NCBI GenBank assembly: GCA_016297005.1
Contig: JAEDHK010000002.1
Span: 198,944-262,943, forward strand
Origin: Clostridia bacterium
GTDB taxonomy: Bacteria > Bacillota > Clostridia > Christensenellales > DTU072
Direction of reading: 5' to 3'
Length of the DNA: 64,000 nt
Position numbers and translations under genes: made by a program. The notes beneath the pieces were generated by a model. It saw nothing but the letters and a program-made list of their open reading frames with translations. It did no database searches and was not told the DNA's origin. Of this stretch, positions 9,087 to 18,314 are shown one piece after another; within the stretch, counting starts at the first letter, position 1, and each line of letters opens with the position of its first letter.

Positions 9087-10960
9087 TATGCATTTACCTC
9101 CGTTTCATCTTCTTCGTTACTTAATTTTGTCATAAGAAGACCGATCTCGTCCTTCTTTGCCGTTCTGCCGTCGACGATACCGCTGATCTTGCCTCCGCAA
9201 AGAACCAGAATGCGGTCGCACAGTTCGAGCAAGACGTCCAAATCCTCGCCGACGTATACGACGGCGACGTTCTTCTCTTTCTGCTGATTGAGCAGGTTAT
9301 AAATAAGATAAGAAGAGTTAATGTCCAATCCTCTGACCGGATAAGCCGCCATAAGAACCTTCGGCGAGGAAGAAATTTCTCGCCCGACAAGAACCTTCTG
9401 GACGTTACCGCCGGAAAGACGACGTACCGGCGTTTGATCGCTGGGAGTAACCACTTCCAATTCGTCGATAATATGGTCGGCAAGATTCTTCGGTCTCTTT
9501 CTGTTAACGAAAATGGATTTTCCTTTCCGGTAGCTGCGGAGCATCATATTGTCGACGATGCTCATGTTGCCGACAAGACCCATATTCAGACGGTCTTCGG
9601 GAACGAAAGACAGCTTAATACCCAGTTCCTGGATCTGACGGGGCGTCTTATGACGGAGATTAATCACTTCGTCCTCGTAGAACAGAATCTGTTCGTCGTT
9701 GACAAGTTTGACGATCTCTTTCTTTTTCTTTCCTTTCAAATCTACTTTGCTTCCGTCCGGATAATGGAAAAACCCTTCTTCCGCCATCTTTTTGATCTTC
9801 TTCAGATCCTTATGGAAGAACGTGACCGGTTTGTTCTTCTTGGGATTGTGGAAAATAATGTCGCCACTCTCCACTTTCTGCAATCCGGCGATGCCTTCGA
9901 GCAGTTCTTTCTGTCCGTTGCCGGAAATACCGGCGATACCGAGGATCTCTCCTCCGTTGATGGTAAAAGATACGTCGTCGATGGCTTTTTGCCCCTCTTT
10001 ATTGCGGACGGTCATATGCTCGATAATGAGACGCGGCTTGGGATCGACGGGCGTTTTTCTGTCGATATTGAGTTCGACCTTCTTTCCTACCATCATGTCG
10101 GTCAGTTCTTGTTCGTTGGTTTCCGCCGTGTTGACGGTGGCAATATGCTCGCCTTTACGAAGAACGGCGACCCTGTCCGAGATTTCCATAACTTCGTTCA
10201 GTTTGTGCGTGATAATAACGACGGCTTTTCCGTCCTCTCTCATCTTACGTAAAACGTCAAACAGTTTTCTGATCTCCTGAGGAGTAAGAACGGCGGTCGG
10301 CTCGTCCAAAATAAGAATGTCCGCCCCTTTGTACAATACTTTTATGATTTCGACAGTCTGTTTTTCGCTGACGGACATGTCGTATATTTTCTTTTTTAAA
10401 TCAATTTCAAAACCGTATTTATCGGCAATTTTTTGCAGATTTTCGGCTCTTTTGCGCGCCAAATGGTTGAATTTTATTATCTTCCCCAATTTTACAAAAG
10501 GAAGCGAAATCAGTTTCCGATAATATCCGGCGAAAGCCTTGTCGTACTTTTTCTTGCTGTCGCCGTCTGCGGTGATCATGACCGATTCCAGATTGATCTC
10601 CGCCTTTTTGGCTTCTTCTTTGATGCTGAACGTCGGCATCTTTTCGCCGAGCAAAATATTGTCGGCGGCAGTAAACAGATCGATCAACTTAAAATGCTGA
10701 TGAATCATCCCGATCTTTAAGTCGAACGCATCTTTGGGAGAGCGAATTACAACTTCTTGTCCGTTGGCATATATTTTCCCTTCGTCGGGATAATAAATGC
10801 CGGAAATCATATTCATTAAGGTCGTCTTTCCGCTTCCGTTCTCCCCTAAAATGGAAAGAACCTCGCCCCGCTTGATGTCGAGATTAACGTCTTTGTTCGC
10901 CGTGACCTCGCCAAATCTTTTAGTGATGCCCTTTAATTCAATAGCAACGCTTTTTTCCAC
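9086..10960 (-). CDS. ABC transporter ATP-binding protein, duplicated NBD (nucleoside/sugar-type), with two Lys-rich insertions
   Basis: GTG start. NBD1 Walker A GENGSGKTT and Walker B ILILDEPTAVL. NBD2 signature LSGGNVQK. 624 aa versus about 500-520 aa typical for this family. Confidence 0.9.
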   Translation of the reverse strand: MEKSVAIELKGITKRFGEVTANKDVNLDIKRGEVLSILGENGSGKTTLMNMISGIYYPDEGKIYANGQEVVIRSPKDAFDLKIGMIHQHFKLIDLFTAADNILLGEKMPTFSIKEEAKKAEINLESVMITADGDSKKKYDKAFAGYYRKLISLPFVKLGKIIKFNHLARKRAENLQKIADKYGFEIDLKKKIYDMSVSEKQTVEIIKVLYKGADILILDEPTAVLTPQEIRKLFDVLRKMREDGKAVVIITHKLNEVMEISDRVAVLRKGEHIATVNTAETNEQELTDMMVGKKVELNIDRKTPVDPKPRLIIEHMTVRNKEGQKAIDDVSFTINGGEILGIAGISGNGQKELLEGIAGLQKVESGDIIFHNPKKNKPVTFFHKDLKKIKKMAEEGFFHYPDGSKVDLKGKKKKEIVKLVNDEQILFYEDEVINLRHKTPRQIQELGIKLSFVPEDRLNMGLVGNMSIVDNMMLRSYRKGKSIFVNRKRPKNLADHIIDELEVVTPSDQTPVRRLSGGNVQKVLVGREISSSPKVLMAAYPVRGLDINSSYLIYNLLNQQKEKNVAVVYVGEDLDVLLELCDRILVLCGGKISGIVDGRTAKKDEIGLLMTKLSNEEDETEVNA

Positions 10961-10990
10961 GTTGTTACCTCCGGATAATTAATTATAATA

Positions 10991-11028
10991 AAAAAGATTA
11001 GGACGGAACCGCAAGCGGCTCCGTCCTA
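10991..11028 (-). terminator. intra-operon hairpin/partial terminator between binding-protein and ATPase genes
   Basis: Minus strand TAGGACGGAGCCGcttgCGGTTCCGTCCTA followed by ATCTTTTTT. This placement is typical for differential expression of the binding protein. Confidence 0.6.
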
Positions 11029-11049
11029 TGAACAAATCAATTCGCTCGA

Positions 11050-12279
11050 TTAGAACTTGGTATCGAGAAGCGTGATACCGTCGATCGTGAGATCGAAGTA
11101 AGGAGCGGAACGATACAGACTCTCTGCGAAGTAGCCGTTGATGATTGCTTGCGTGTCTTTGGTAAAGTTCGCGTCGGAGTCGACGTCGGCATTGTAGCTG
11201 GTCAATTTAGAACCGTTAACAGTGAAGTTGTTGGTGTCGAAAACTTTGATTTCTCCGGAAACGAGTTTAGCCTTGACTTCTTCGAGCTTAGCAGCGGTGC
11301 CTTCGGCCGCAACAGTCGTATTCAGTTCGGTAATTTCAACGGAACCTTCGGCAAAACCGCCAACCCAGTCAAAGCCGACAGCGGTAACACCGTTGATAGT
11401 GCAGCTAATGAGATGAGTGAAGTAAGGCGCCCAGTTGATTCTGGAACCGATCAGATAAGTGTTCGGGCATTGTGCTTTCGTGCTAAGGTTGTAAGTAACG
11501 TTGGGGATCTTGGCTTCTTCGCAAGCGGAGGGAGCACCCATGGAGTCGGCATGCTGGCTGATCAGAACGCAGCCGTTTTTAATCAGCTTGTTGGCAGCTT
11601 CCCTTTCAGCGGTTTCATCATACCAGGAACCGGTAAAGGTAACTTCCATGGTAACCTGGGGAACGATAGACTTAACGCCAAGGAAGAAAGAAGTGTAACC
11701 GGACACAACTTCGGCATAGGTATATGCTCCGACGTAACCGATCTTCGCAGCTTTTCCTTCCTCAACGAGTTCGGCAAGCTTCATACCGGCGGCAACACCG
11801 GCGAGGTAACGACCTTCATAGATGTTGGCGAAAGCGTTGTAGAAGTTGGGAACGAGTTCGGTATGAGCAGTCGTTCCGGTAGCATGAGCGAAACGAACAT
11901 TGGGATATTCTTTCGCAGCTTTGAGGATGTAGGGTTCGTGACCGAAGCTATCCGCAAAGATGATATTGCAGCCGTCTTCGACGAGCTCAACAGCCGTGTT
12001 GTAGCAAGCGTCGGATTCTTCAATGTTGCTCTTTACAACGAGTTGAACTCCCATGTTTTGGCAAGCAGCTTCAGCGGCATCGATGAAGTTTTTATCATAG
12101 GTGCTATGGCTATCATGCAACGTAATGAGGCCCATTTTGATATTGGATTTCGCGATGGGAGCAAATCCGGCGAACGTTTCCTCTTCAGCAGGTTCTTTGT
12201 TGCAAGCAGTGAAACAAGCAATGCAGCCGACTGCAAGGATCAGAGCAAGAACGATTACGAATACTTTCTTCATTTTCAT
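11050..12279 (-). CDS. BMP family ABC transporter substrate-binding lipoprotein (PnrA/Med-like, purine nucleoside binding)
   Basis: Signal peptide with lipobox (ACFTAC). BMP-family body (GYVGAYTYAEVVSGYTSF..). 409 aa. Confidence 0.88.
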   Translation of the reverse strand: MKMKKVFVIVLALILAVGCIACFTACNKEPAEEETFAGFAPIAKSNIKMGLITLHDSHSTYDKNFIDAAEAACQNMGVQLVVKSNIEESDACYNTAVELVEDGCNIIFADSFGHEPYILKAAKEYPNVRFAHATGTTAHTELVPNFYNAFANIYEGRYLAGVAAGMKLAELVEEGKAAKIGYVGAYTYAEVVSGYTSFFLGVKSIVPQVTMEVTFTGSWYDETAEREAANKLIKNGCVLISQHADSMGAPSACEEAKIPNVTYNLSTKAQCPNTYLIGSRINWAPYFTHLISCTINGVTAVGFDWVGGFAEGSVEITELNTTVAAEGTAAKLEEVKAKLVSGEIKVFDTNNFTVNGSKLTSYNADVDSDANFTKDTQAIINGYFAESLYRSAPYFDLTIDGITLLDTKF

Positions 12280-12328
12280 TTTGTTTTAACCTCCGTTTTA
12301 TTTTTATAAAAATGAAAGACTGAATGAA

Positions 12329-12898
12329 TCACGCAAAAATAACTTCTTTATCCGTCATTTTTGCGATTTTTGCAAGGGATTCTACCCGGATTCCCTCCTC
12401 GCGGAGCTTCTCTCCACCGTCCTGAAACGCCTTTTCGATGACGATGCCGCATCCTACGAGGGTAGCGCCGGCTTGACCGATCAGGTCGATCAGACCTCTG
12501 AGCGCTTCTCCGGTGGCCAAAAAGTCGTCGATGATAAGCACCTTGTCGTCCGCCGTCAAATACTCCTTAGAAACAGAAATGTCATATACTTTTCCGTGCG
12601 TATATGACATTACTTTGCTTGTATAAACTTGGTTAGACTGATTTGAGGTATGACTTTTTTTCGCGAAGAGCAAGGGCACGTTCATTTCATACGCGGTAAA
12701 ACAGGCTACCGCTATGCCGGATGCTTCTATCGTGAGAACCTTGGTGATATTCTCTCCCGAAAAGAGCCCGGCGAACTCCTTCCCGATCTCGTGCATGAGA
12801 CCGGTATCGATCAGGTGGTTCAGAAAATTATCGACTTTCAGAATATTCCCGGGAAAAACTTTGCCTTCCTTAAGAATTTTTTCTTTCAGTAATTCCAT
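12329..12898 (-). CDS. xpt: xanthine phosphoribosyltransferase
   Basis: MELLKEKILKEGKV..ILKVDNFLNH start and PRPP motif VLIIDDFLATGEA. 189 aa. Confidence 0.93.
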   Translation of the reverse strand: MELLKEKILKEGKVFPGNILKVDNFLNHLIDTGLMHEIGKEFAGLFSGENITKVLTIEASGIAVACFTAYEMNVPLLFAKKSHTSNQSNQVYTSKVMSYTHGKVYDISVSKEYLTADDKVLIIDDFLATGEALRGLIDLIGQAGATLVGCGIVIEKAFQDGGEKLREEGIRVESLAKIAKMTDKEVIFA

Positions 12899-12930
12899 GC
12901 CGTTTCCTTATCGTGAAAAAGTATACTTCA

Positions 12931-12959
12931 AGTATAAGAAATGAAAATTTTATTGTCAA
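12931..12959 (-). promoter_or_regulatory. sigma-A promoter of xpt-nucleoside transporter operon with overlapping 15-bp palindrome
   Basis: Minus strand TTGACA (12959-12954), 17 nt, TATACT (12936-12931). Perfect palindrome TATACTT-C-AAGTATA at 12922-12936 overlaps the -10. No purine-riboswitch sequence in the short leader. Confidence 0.7.
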
Positions 12960-13194
12960 ACAAATAACGCTATAATTATTCTTAGTTTTACTCTTTTTTT
13001 ACGATCCTGAAAAAAACGGCTTTCCGGAGGCTCTTTTGCCCCTTTTTTCCGCTCACGCGTACGCGCGTTAATATTTACTGTACACACGCGCGGGCGGTGG
13101 AGCGACCGTACAATAGATCCACGCCGACCGGAAGCGGTATTTTCTCTTTTGTTTCCAGATCCGACGTCTCCGACTTCCTGCGGTAAAACGTACG

Positions 13195-14028
13195 TTATTT
13201 ACTTCCTAACCCATTAAAATAGTTTTCTGACAGAACGCAGATACTCCCGTTTGCAACGTGAGCGCTGTGATCGGCGCCCTTATAAATGCTCATCTTGCTT
13301 CCGGCGATGTGTTCGTGCAGATAGACTACGTCGGACAGATACATAATGTCGTACTCCCCGGCGACGATGTAGGTCGGCGCGGTAATGCGGGCAAGATACT
13401 CTTCGTTAAAGTCCGGTTGCTCCAACATAAGGTCGTTGAGCTTGTCTTTTTTGATCAGGTTGCTGAATTTGACCCACAACGTCATTTTCGGCTTAAAGGT
13501 CTTCGGATTGGAATTGGAACCTATCGAGACGAGAGCTCCGATACTGTCGGGATAATTGGCCGCGAGCGCGATCCCCACCATTCCGCCGTCGCTATGCCCG
13601 ATGATATAAGGCTTGTCGAGAGATTTTTGACAGATAAATTCATAGACGTCCTTCGCCATCAGCTCGTAAGAAATAACGCCGGGATCGGAACTCTTACCCT
13701 GGCACCTGTCGGCTATACAATAAACGGTATAGTCTTCGGCAAAGTACCGCGCGACATGCGATAAAGATTCCGCGTTGCCGCCGTTTCCGTGAATCAGTAC
13801 CATCGACTTCGATCCGTGCCCGTATCTGAGATAATGCATGGTCATTTCCGAAAGAGTCGCGTATCCTTCCTCCTCCGGCGCAAGATCGATATCTTCCGTC
13901 GGCGTCATATCGATCAGATCGTACTTCTTTGACTGAATCCGGATCACGATATAATTAAGCGAAATAAGTATGCCTATCAATAAAATTACTGCGCCGACGA
14001 CGATAAGCGCGATCACGCCTTTTTTCAT
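13195..14028 (-). CDS. membrane-anchored alpha/beta hydrolase
   Basis: N-terminal TM helix; HGNGGN oxyanion-type motif; nucleophile elbow GHSDGG. Start set to ATG 14028 (MKKGVIAL) behind GGGAGG. Confidence 0.8.
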   Translation of the reverse strand: MKKGVIALIVVGAVILLIGILISLNYIVIRIQSKKYDLIDMTPTEDIDLAPEEEGYATLSEMTMHYLRYGHGSKSMVLIHGNGGNAESLSHVARYFAEDYTVYCIADRCQGKSSDPGVISYELMAKDVYEFICQKSLDKPYIIGHSDGGMVGIALAANYPDSIGALVSIGSNSNPKTFKPKMTLWVKFSNLIKKDKLNDLMLEQPDFNEEYLARITAPTYIVAGEYDIMYLSDVVYLHEHIAGSKMSIYKGADHSAHVANGSICVLSENYFNGLGSK

Positions 14029-14186
14029 AATTCCTCCCGTTCCGGCCACCGGATAATACCATTATATCAAATTAGCCGCCTTTTTCAATGCGAAATTTCT
14101 CTCTTTTTGTCGTATTCGGAAAACGTATTGATTTTATTCTCCGTCAATGGTATAGTTAAAGCAACAAAAATCAGGAGAAACCAATT

Positions 14187-14630
14187 ATGAAGAAAAAGAT
14201 CACGCTTATCGGCACGATGATAGTCCTCGCGCTCGTTTGCGCCATGTTCCTTACCGCTTGCGGACCTGCGTCCGATCCGGATAAGGCGAAAGAAAACCTG
14301 AATGACGAGGGATACAGCGCCGCCGTATACGACGGAGATAACGTCATCGTCAGAGTCGCTTTGGCCGCCGCCGACGTCAGCAACGTAGATAAAGTCCTCA
14401 TTGCCAGCAAGTATTCCGACGACTCTTTTGAATTCCTTTCGGTCCTGTACTTCGACAGTTCCAAGGACGCCAACGCCGCCGTAGAAAAAGCAAAAGAATA
14501 TGCAAAAAATCAGCAGAAAGAGCAAGAAGAAGAGCAGAAAAAGACAGACGGCGAAATCGAATGGACTTTCGGCAAGAGCGGAAAAATGATCTGGTTCGGC
14601 ACCAAAGCCGCCGTTAAGGCAGCTCGCTGA
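14187..14630 (+). CDS. small lipoprotein of unknown function
   Basis: MKKKITLIGTMIVLALVCAMFLTAC lipobox signal, then a Lys/Glu-rich region. Preferred over the antisense ORF 14085..14525. Confidence 0.65.
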   Translation: MKKKITLIGTMIVLALVCAMFLTACGPASDPDKAKENLNDEGYSAAVYDGDNVIVRVALAAADVSNVDKVLIASKYSDDSFEFLSVLYFDSSKDANAAVEKAKEYAKNQQKEQEEEQKKTDGEIEWTFGKSGKMIWFGTKAAVKAAR

Positions 14631-14722
14631 GTTACGTTTTATTAAAACAAAAACGCGGCCTTTAAAAGGCAGTTTTCATTGAGATATTTTAAGAATGATA
14701 AAAAGAGCAGCAAAAACCGAGG

Positions 14723-14748
14723 CGCGCCCCAAATAAGGGCGCGTTTTT
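14723..14748 (+). terminator. bidirectional rho-independent terminator (lipoprotein gene / malQ)
   Basis: CGCGCCC-7 nt-GGGCGCG followed by TTTTT; A-tract upstream serves the convergent malQ. Confidence 0.75.
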
Positions 14749-14775
14749 CTCGTTATGAACGCCTTACAATCGTCT

Positions 14776-16281
14776 TTACCTTCCGTATCTTGTGACGACG
14801 GAGCGAATAAAGACGTGATCGACGTCGTTGAGCGCATTGTAATTGGTACGATATCTCCAACATCCGTCCGGCAGTCCGGGCGTATTCATACGGGTATCGC
14901 TGCCATATCCGCACAGATCCTGCATCGGAACGATGGCGATATCGGCGCAAGAAGCCATGATATCTCGAATAAAGGTGCGCGTCGCGGGGCACTTGCCGGC
15001 GCCGCTCGCCCAGCCGTATTCGTACGGGCAACCGACGAAATTCAGCGCTTCTTGTTGCGTAACGCCGTCCAGACTGAGCAACCACCCAAGCGTCGTATCG
15101 TTATCGTGCGTTGCCGTATACGCCACGCATTCGTGCGGATAATTATAAGGAAGATGTATATTCGTCTTATCTCCGTCGAACCCGAACTGAATAACGCGCA
15201 TACCGGGAATGCCGGTCTCTTTCAGAAGCCGACGAACGTCGTCGTCAATGATACCAAGATCCTCGGCAATGATTTTCAGGCCGGGGATCTCTTTATACAA
15301 CACGTCGAAAAGTTCTTTCCCCGGGCCCTTTTTCCACTTCCCTTCTTTAGCCGTTTTTGCGTCGGCAGGCACCGCCCAATAATTAGCGAATCCGCGGAAG
15401 TGGTCGATACGAATAATATCGTACAAGCGATGAAGATGCTTGATCCGACGCGTCCACCAGGCGTAATTATCTTTTTTCATAGCCGCATAGTCGTAAAGAG
15501 GATTGCCCCATAACTGCCCATCCGCACTGAAATAGTCCGGCGGAACCCCCGCGACTTCGGTCGGCTTGTAGTCTTTATCGAGCAAAAAGGCTTTCGGGTC
15601 GGCCCATACGTCCACGCTGTCGTGCGACACGTATACCGGCACGTCGCCGAAAACTTCTATTCCCACGTCCGCCGCATACTGTTTGATCCTCGCCCATTGC
15701 GTAAAGAAAAGATACTGTTCAAAGAGATAATATCCGAATTCTTTCGGATAAAAAACGCGCACTTTGGCCGCCGTATCGGGCGCGTGCTTTTTCCATTGTT
15801 CTTCCCACGTCGTCCACGCCGCCTGGTCATGAACCTCTTTCAACACCATAAACGCGGCGTAGTCGTTCAACCAATCGGCGTTCTCTTTGGCAAAGGCCTC
15901 CACCTTGTCCGTCAGTTCCGGAGTCAGACGAGAATAAGCTATGCGTAAAAGTCGACTCTTGTTGTTCCTTGCCGCCGTATAGTCGGTCAGATAATATGCT
16001 TCCTTACATTCCGCCGAACAAAGCTCTTCCGCTCTCAAAAGCCCTTCGGGAAGTCGTTCGAGGTCGATATACAAGAAGTTCCCCGCATAGGCCGAGATGC
16101 CGCTGTAAGGAGAATTCCCCCATCCGAGAGAGGTAATAGGCAGCGTCTGCCATATTTTAAACCCCATCCCGGCGAATTCGGACAAAAAGGCCTCCGCATT
16201 ACACGAAAACCCACCGATCCCGTATTTACCGGGAAAGGATGAAACGTTCAGTAAAACACCCGCTTTACGTTTGCTATTCAT
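14776..16281 (-). CDS. malQ: 4-alpha-glucanotransferase (amylomaltase, GH77)
   Basis: 501 aa. GVLLNVSSFPGKYGIGGF start, IRIDHFRGF, EDLG, ATHDN motifs of GH77. Confidence 0.93.
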   Translation of the reverse strand: MNSKRKAGVLLNVSSFPGKYGIGGFSCNAEAFLSEFAGMGFKIWQTLPITSLGWGNSPYSGISAYAGNFLYIDLERLPEGLLRAEELCSAECKEAYYLTDYTAARNNKSRLLRIAYSRLTPELTDKVEAFAKENADWLNDYAAFMVLKEVHDQAAWTTWEEQWKKHAPDTAAKVRVFYPKEFGYYLFEQYLFFTQWARIKQYAADVGIEVFGDVPVYVSHDSVDVWADPKAFLLDKDYKPTEVAGVPPDYFSADGQLWGNPLYDYAAMKKDNYAWWTRRIKHLHRLYDIIRIDHFRGFANYWAVPADAKTAKEGKWKKGPGKELFDVLYKEIPGLKIIAEDLGIIDDDVRRLLKETGIPGMRVIQFGFDGDKTNIHLPYNYPHECVAYTATHDNDTTLGWLLSLDGVTQQEALNFVGCPYEYGWASGAGKCPATRTFIRDIMASCADIAIVPMQDLCGYGSDTRMNTPGLPDGCWRYRTNYNALNDVDHVFIRSVVTRYGR

Positions 16282-16421
16282 TTGTTTACTCCTATTTAAT
16301 TTCCTTGCCTTTTTATCATAGCATCATTTGTATCGGTGTTCAAGAGTCAATTCTTGTCAGGACTTCCCTTCGTCCGTACTTTTATTAAGAAAACAATCTT
16401 CTGAAAAAAGATTTTCCTCTA

Positions 16422-16450
16422 TTGATAAGAACGCCGAATCATGGTATACT
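16422..16450 (+). promoter_or_regulatory. sigma-A promoter (extended -10) of oxidoreductase gene
   Basis: TTGATA (16422-16427), 17 nt, TGgTATACT (16442-16450). Confidence 0.6.
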
Positions 16451-16473
16451 TTATCTTCGGAGGTAGTTTTGTC

Positions 16474-17685
16474 ATGAAAAAACTGAAGATAGGTATTATC
16501 GGTCTCGGCGGCAGAGGTTACTCCATGAGCGCCATCCTCAACAACATGAAAGACGTGGAGATCCTGGCCGTATGCGATTCTTACAAGGATCGCGCCGAAC
16601 AAGGCGGGAAGCTGATGAAAAAACATAATCCCCTCGTAACAACCGATTATCACGACGTCCTGAGAAACGAAGAGATCGATGCCGTTATGATCTTTACTTC
16701 TTGGGAAGAACATATTCCTCTCGCCATCGAAGCTATGCGCGCCGGAAAAAACGTCGGTCTGGAAGTCGCCGGAGCTTATCGCTTGCAGGACTGCTTCGAT
16801 CTGGTAAAAACGGCCGAAGAAACGGGCAAACAATGTATGATGTTAGAAAACTGCTGTTACGGCCGCTTCGAATTGATGGTAAAACGCCTCGTAGACGAAG
16901 GAAAACTGGGTACGATCGTTCATTGCGAGGGCGGCTACTGCCACGATCTTCGCGAAGAGATCGCTTTCGGCGACAAAAACCGCCACTATCGCCTGCGTAA
17001 TTATCTTAGCCGCAACTGCGAAAACTACCCCACGCACGAACTCGGGCCCATCGCCAAAATTCTCAGAATCAATAACGGAAATCGCATGGTCTCGCTGACC
17101 TCGACCGCATCCAAAGCCTGCGGTCTGCACGAATACTTCCTCAAAAAACGTCCGGACCAAACAGATTTAGTTAACGCCGAAGTCAAGCAAGGCGACGTCA
17201 TCACAACGACGATCAAGTGCGAGAACGGCGAAACTATCGTCCTTACCCTCAATACCACGCTCCCCGGCATCTATTCCCGTAAGTTCACCGTCAACGGCAC
17301 CCAAGGAATGTACAGAGAAGACGGCGACGTTCTGGTCATGGAAGGCGCTCGTCCGCGCGGCCATATCCGCGGCGAATTTAAGATGACCGGAAAAAGGCAT
17401 GTCCGCAGATATGATCACCCTCTCTGGCGAGCCTATCGAAAAGATCGCAAAAAAGGCGGTCACGGCGGTATCGATTACCTGGTGCTCCGCGCTTTCGTTA
17501 CGGGCCTGCTCGAAAACAGACGCCTGCCCATCGACGTTTACGACACGGCGGCCTGGATGGCGGTCACTCCCCTGTCCGAAGAATCTATCAAGAATAATTC
17601 CGCCCCCGTCGATTTTCCCGATTTCACGCACGGGATGTACAAAAATCGCACGGAAAAGAACGGCGGAATTTATGATTTAAGTTAA
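16474..17685 (+). CDS. Gfo/Idh/MocA-fold NAD-binding protein, GH109-like (possible NAD-dependent glycosidase)
   Basis: MKKLKIGIIGLGGRG Rossmann start behind GGAGG. MLENCCYGRFEL, HCEGGYCHDLR and NYPTHELGP resemble GH109 alpha-N-acetylgalactosaminidase motifs as remembered. Track start 16441 lies in the promoter. Confidence 0.75.
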   Translation: MKKLKIGIIGLGGRGYSMSAILNNMKDVEILAVCDSYKDRAEQGGKLMKKHNPLVTTDYHDVLRNEEIDAVMIFTSWEEHIPLAIEAMRAGKNVGLEVAGAYRLQDCFDLVKTAEETGKQCMMLENCCYGRFELMVKRLVDEGKLGTIVHCEGGYCHDLREEIAFGDKNRHYRLRNYLSRNCENYPTHELGPIAKILRINNGNRMVSLTSTASKACGLHEYFLKKRPDQTDLVNAEVKQGDVITTTIKCENGETIVLTLNTTLPGIYSRKFTVNGTQGMYREDGDVLVMEGARPRGHIRGEFKMTGKRHVRRYDHPLWRAYRKDRKKGGHGGIDYLVLRAFVTGLLENRRLPIDVYDTAAWMAVTPLSEESIKNNSAPVDFPDFTHGMYKNRTEKNGGIYDLS

Positions 17686-17711
17686 AAATAACCTAAAAGA
17701 ATCAAAAATTA

Positions 17712-17741
17712 TTGCATAATTGCGCCGGGCGGTGGTATACT
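17712..17741 (+). promoter_or_regulatory. ssrA promoter
   Basis: TTGCAT (17712-17717), 18 nt, TATACT (17736-17741), 18 nt upstream of the mature 5' end. Confidence 0.6.
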
Positions 17742-17759
17742 ACTCAACGTAATCCTTAT

Positions 17760-18108
17760 GGGGGTGTTTCAGATTCGACTTGCCCGCGGAGGGATGGTAA
17801 GCATGCCGGTTCCCCGTTACCGTAAAAAACAGGAAAAAAAATAAACGACAATCAAAAAGTCAATTACGCTTACGCCGCTTAGTGCGTAGCCGTCGTGACC
17901 GCAACGCCCACGGGTGCGGGAGCGGCGTGTCCTTACGTGGGGAACCGAGTTCGGGTTTGGTACGCCCCGAAAACGGAACGCAGTACCTCAGGAATGGCCG
18001 AGCGCGTTTGTACGCAACGCCGGACGACAATTAAATGCAAACTGAGCATGATAGAAAGCCGTCTTTTAACGAGTAAGGACCGGGGTGCAAGTCCCCGCAT
18101 CTCCACCA
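17760..18108 (+). ncRNA. ssrA: transfer-messenger RNA (tmRNA)
   Basis: 5' GGGGGTGTTTCAGATTCGAC; 3' GGACCGGGGTGCAAGTCCCCGCATCTCCACCA (T-arm, acceptor with G3:U pair, encoded CCA). Internal tag frame 17844-17882: AAC GAC AAT CAA AAA GTC AAT TAC GCT TAC GCC GCT TAG = NDNQKVNYAYAA*. Resume codon not determinable by eye. Confidence 0.93.
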
Positions 18109-18118
18109 CTTTTTCAGC

Positions 18119-18149
18119 AAGACACTACGTAGTAGTGTCTTGTTTTTTT
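18119..18149 (+). terminator. rho-independent terminator directly after tmRNA
   Basis: AAGACACTA-5 nt-TAGTGTCTT then G + TTTTTTT. Confidence 0.8.
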
Positions 18150-18282
18150 ATTTTCGTCATCGAACGTTATGCTCGCATAAAAGTGAGAGTGCCGAAAAAT
18201 AAAAAACAAAAAAGGCTATAAAGCCTTGCTGAAAAAGTGGTGGGTCTCCAGTTGATGTGCTTCATGACGAACGGCAACCGAA

Positions 18283-18311
18283 GGTTGGCGTAGGTCCCGC
18301 CATCTCCACCA
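18283..18311 (+). repeat. degenerate second copy of the tmRNA 3' end (T-arm + acceptor strand + CCA), att-like
   Basis: GGTTGGCGTAGGTCCCGCCATCTCCACCA versus the genuine GGACCGGGGTGCAAGTCCCCGCATCTCCACCA. The last 11 nt are identical. No matching 5' acceptor strand, so not a tRNA. Confidence 0.7.
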
Positions 18312-18314
18312 AAA

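Noticed and set aside
11149-12309. 386-aa plus-strand ORF
   Set aside because: It is antisense to the BMP-family lipoprotein gene. It has no start context or recognisable motifs.
12899-12960. Expected purine (guanine) riboswitch upstream of xpt
   Set aside because: The promoter -10 is only about 30 nt from the ATG. No sequence resembling the purine aptamer (conserved loops and three-way junction) is present on the minus strand.
14085-14525. 146-aa minus-strand ORF overlapping the small lipoprotein gene
   Set aside because: The plus-strand ORF has a canonical lipoprotein signal and a terminator. The minus-strand ORF has neither an RBS nor a signal.
17895-18221. 108-aa ORF on the plus strand
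   Set aside because: It lies entirely within the tmRNA gene and its terminator. It has no RBS and an arbitrary composition.
18236-18311. Possible tRNA-like gene ending in ..ATCTCCACCA
   Set aside because: No 5' strand is able to pair with the acceptor 3' strand, and no D or anticodon arms could be drawn. It is interpreted instead as a duplicated tmRNA 3' fragment.
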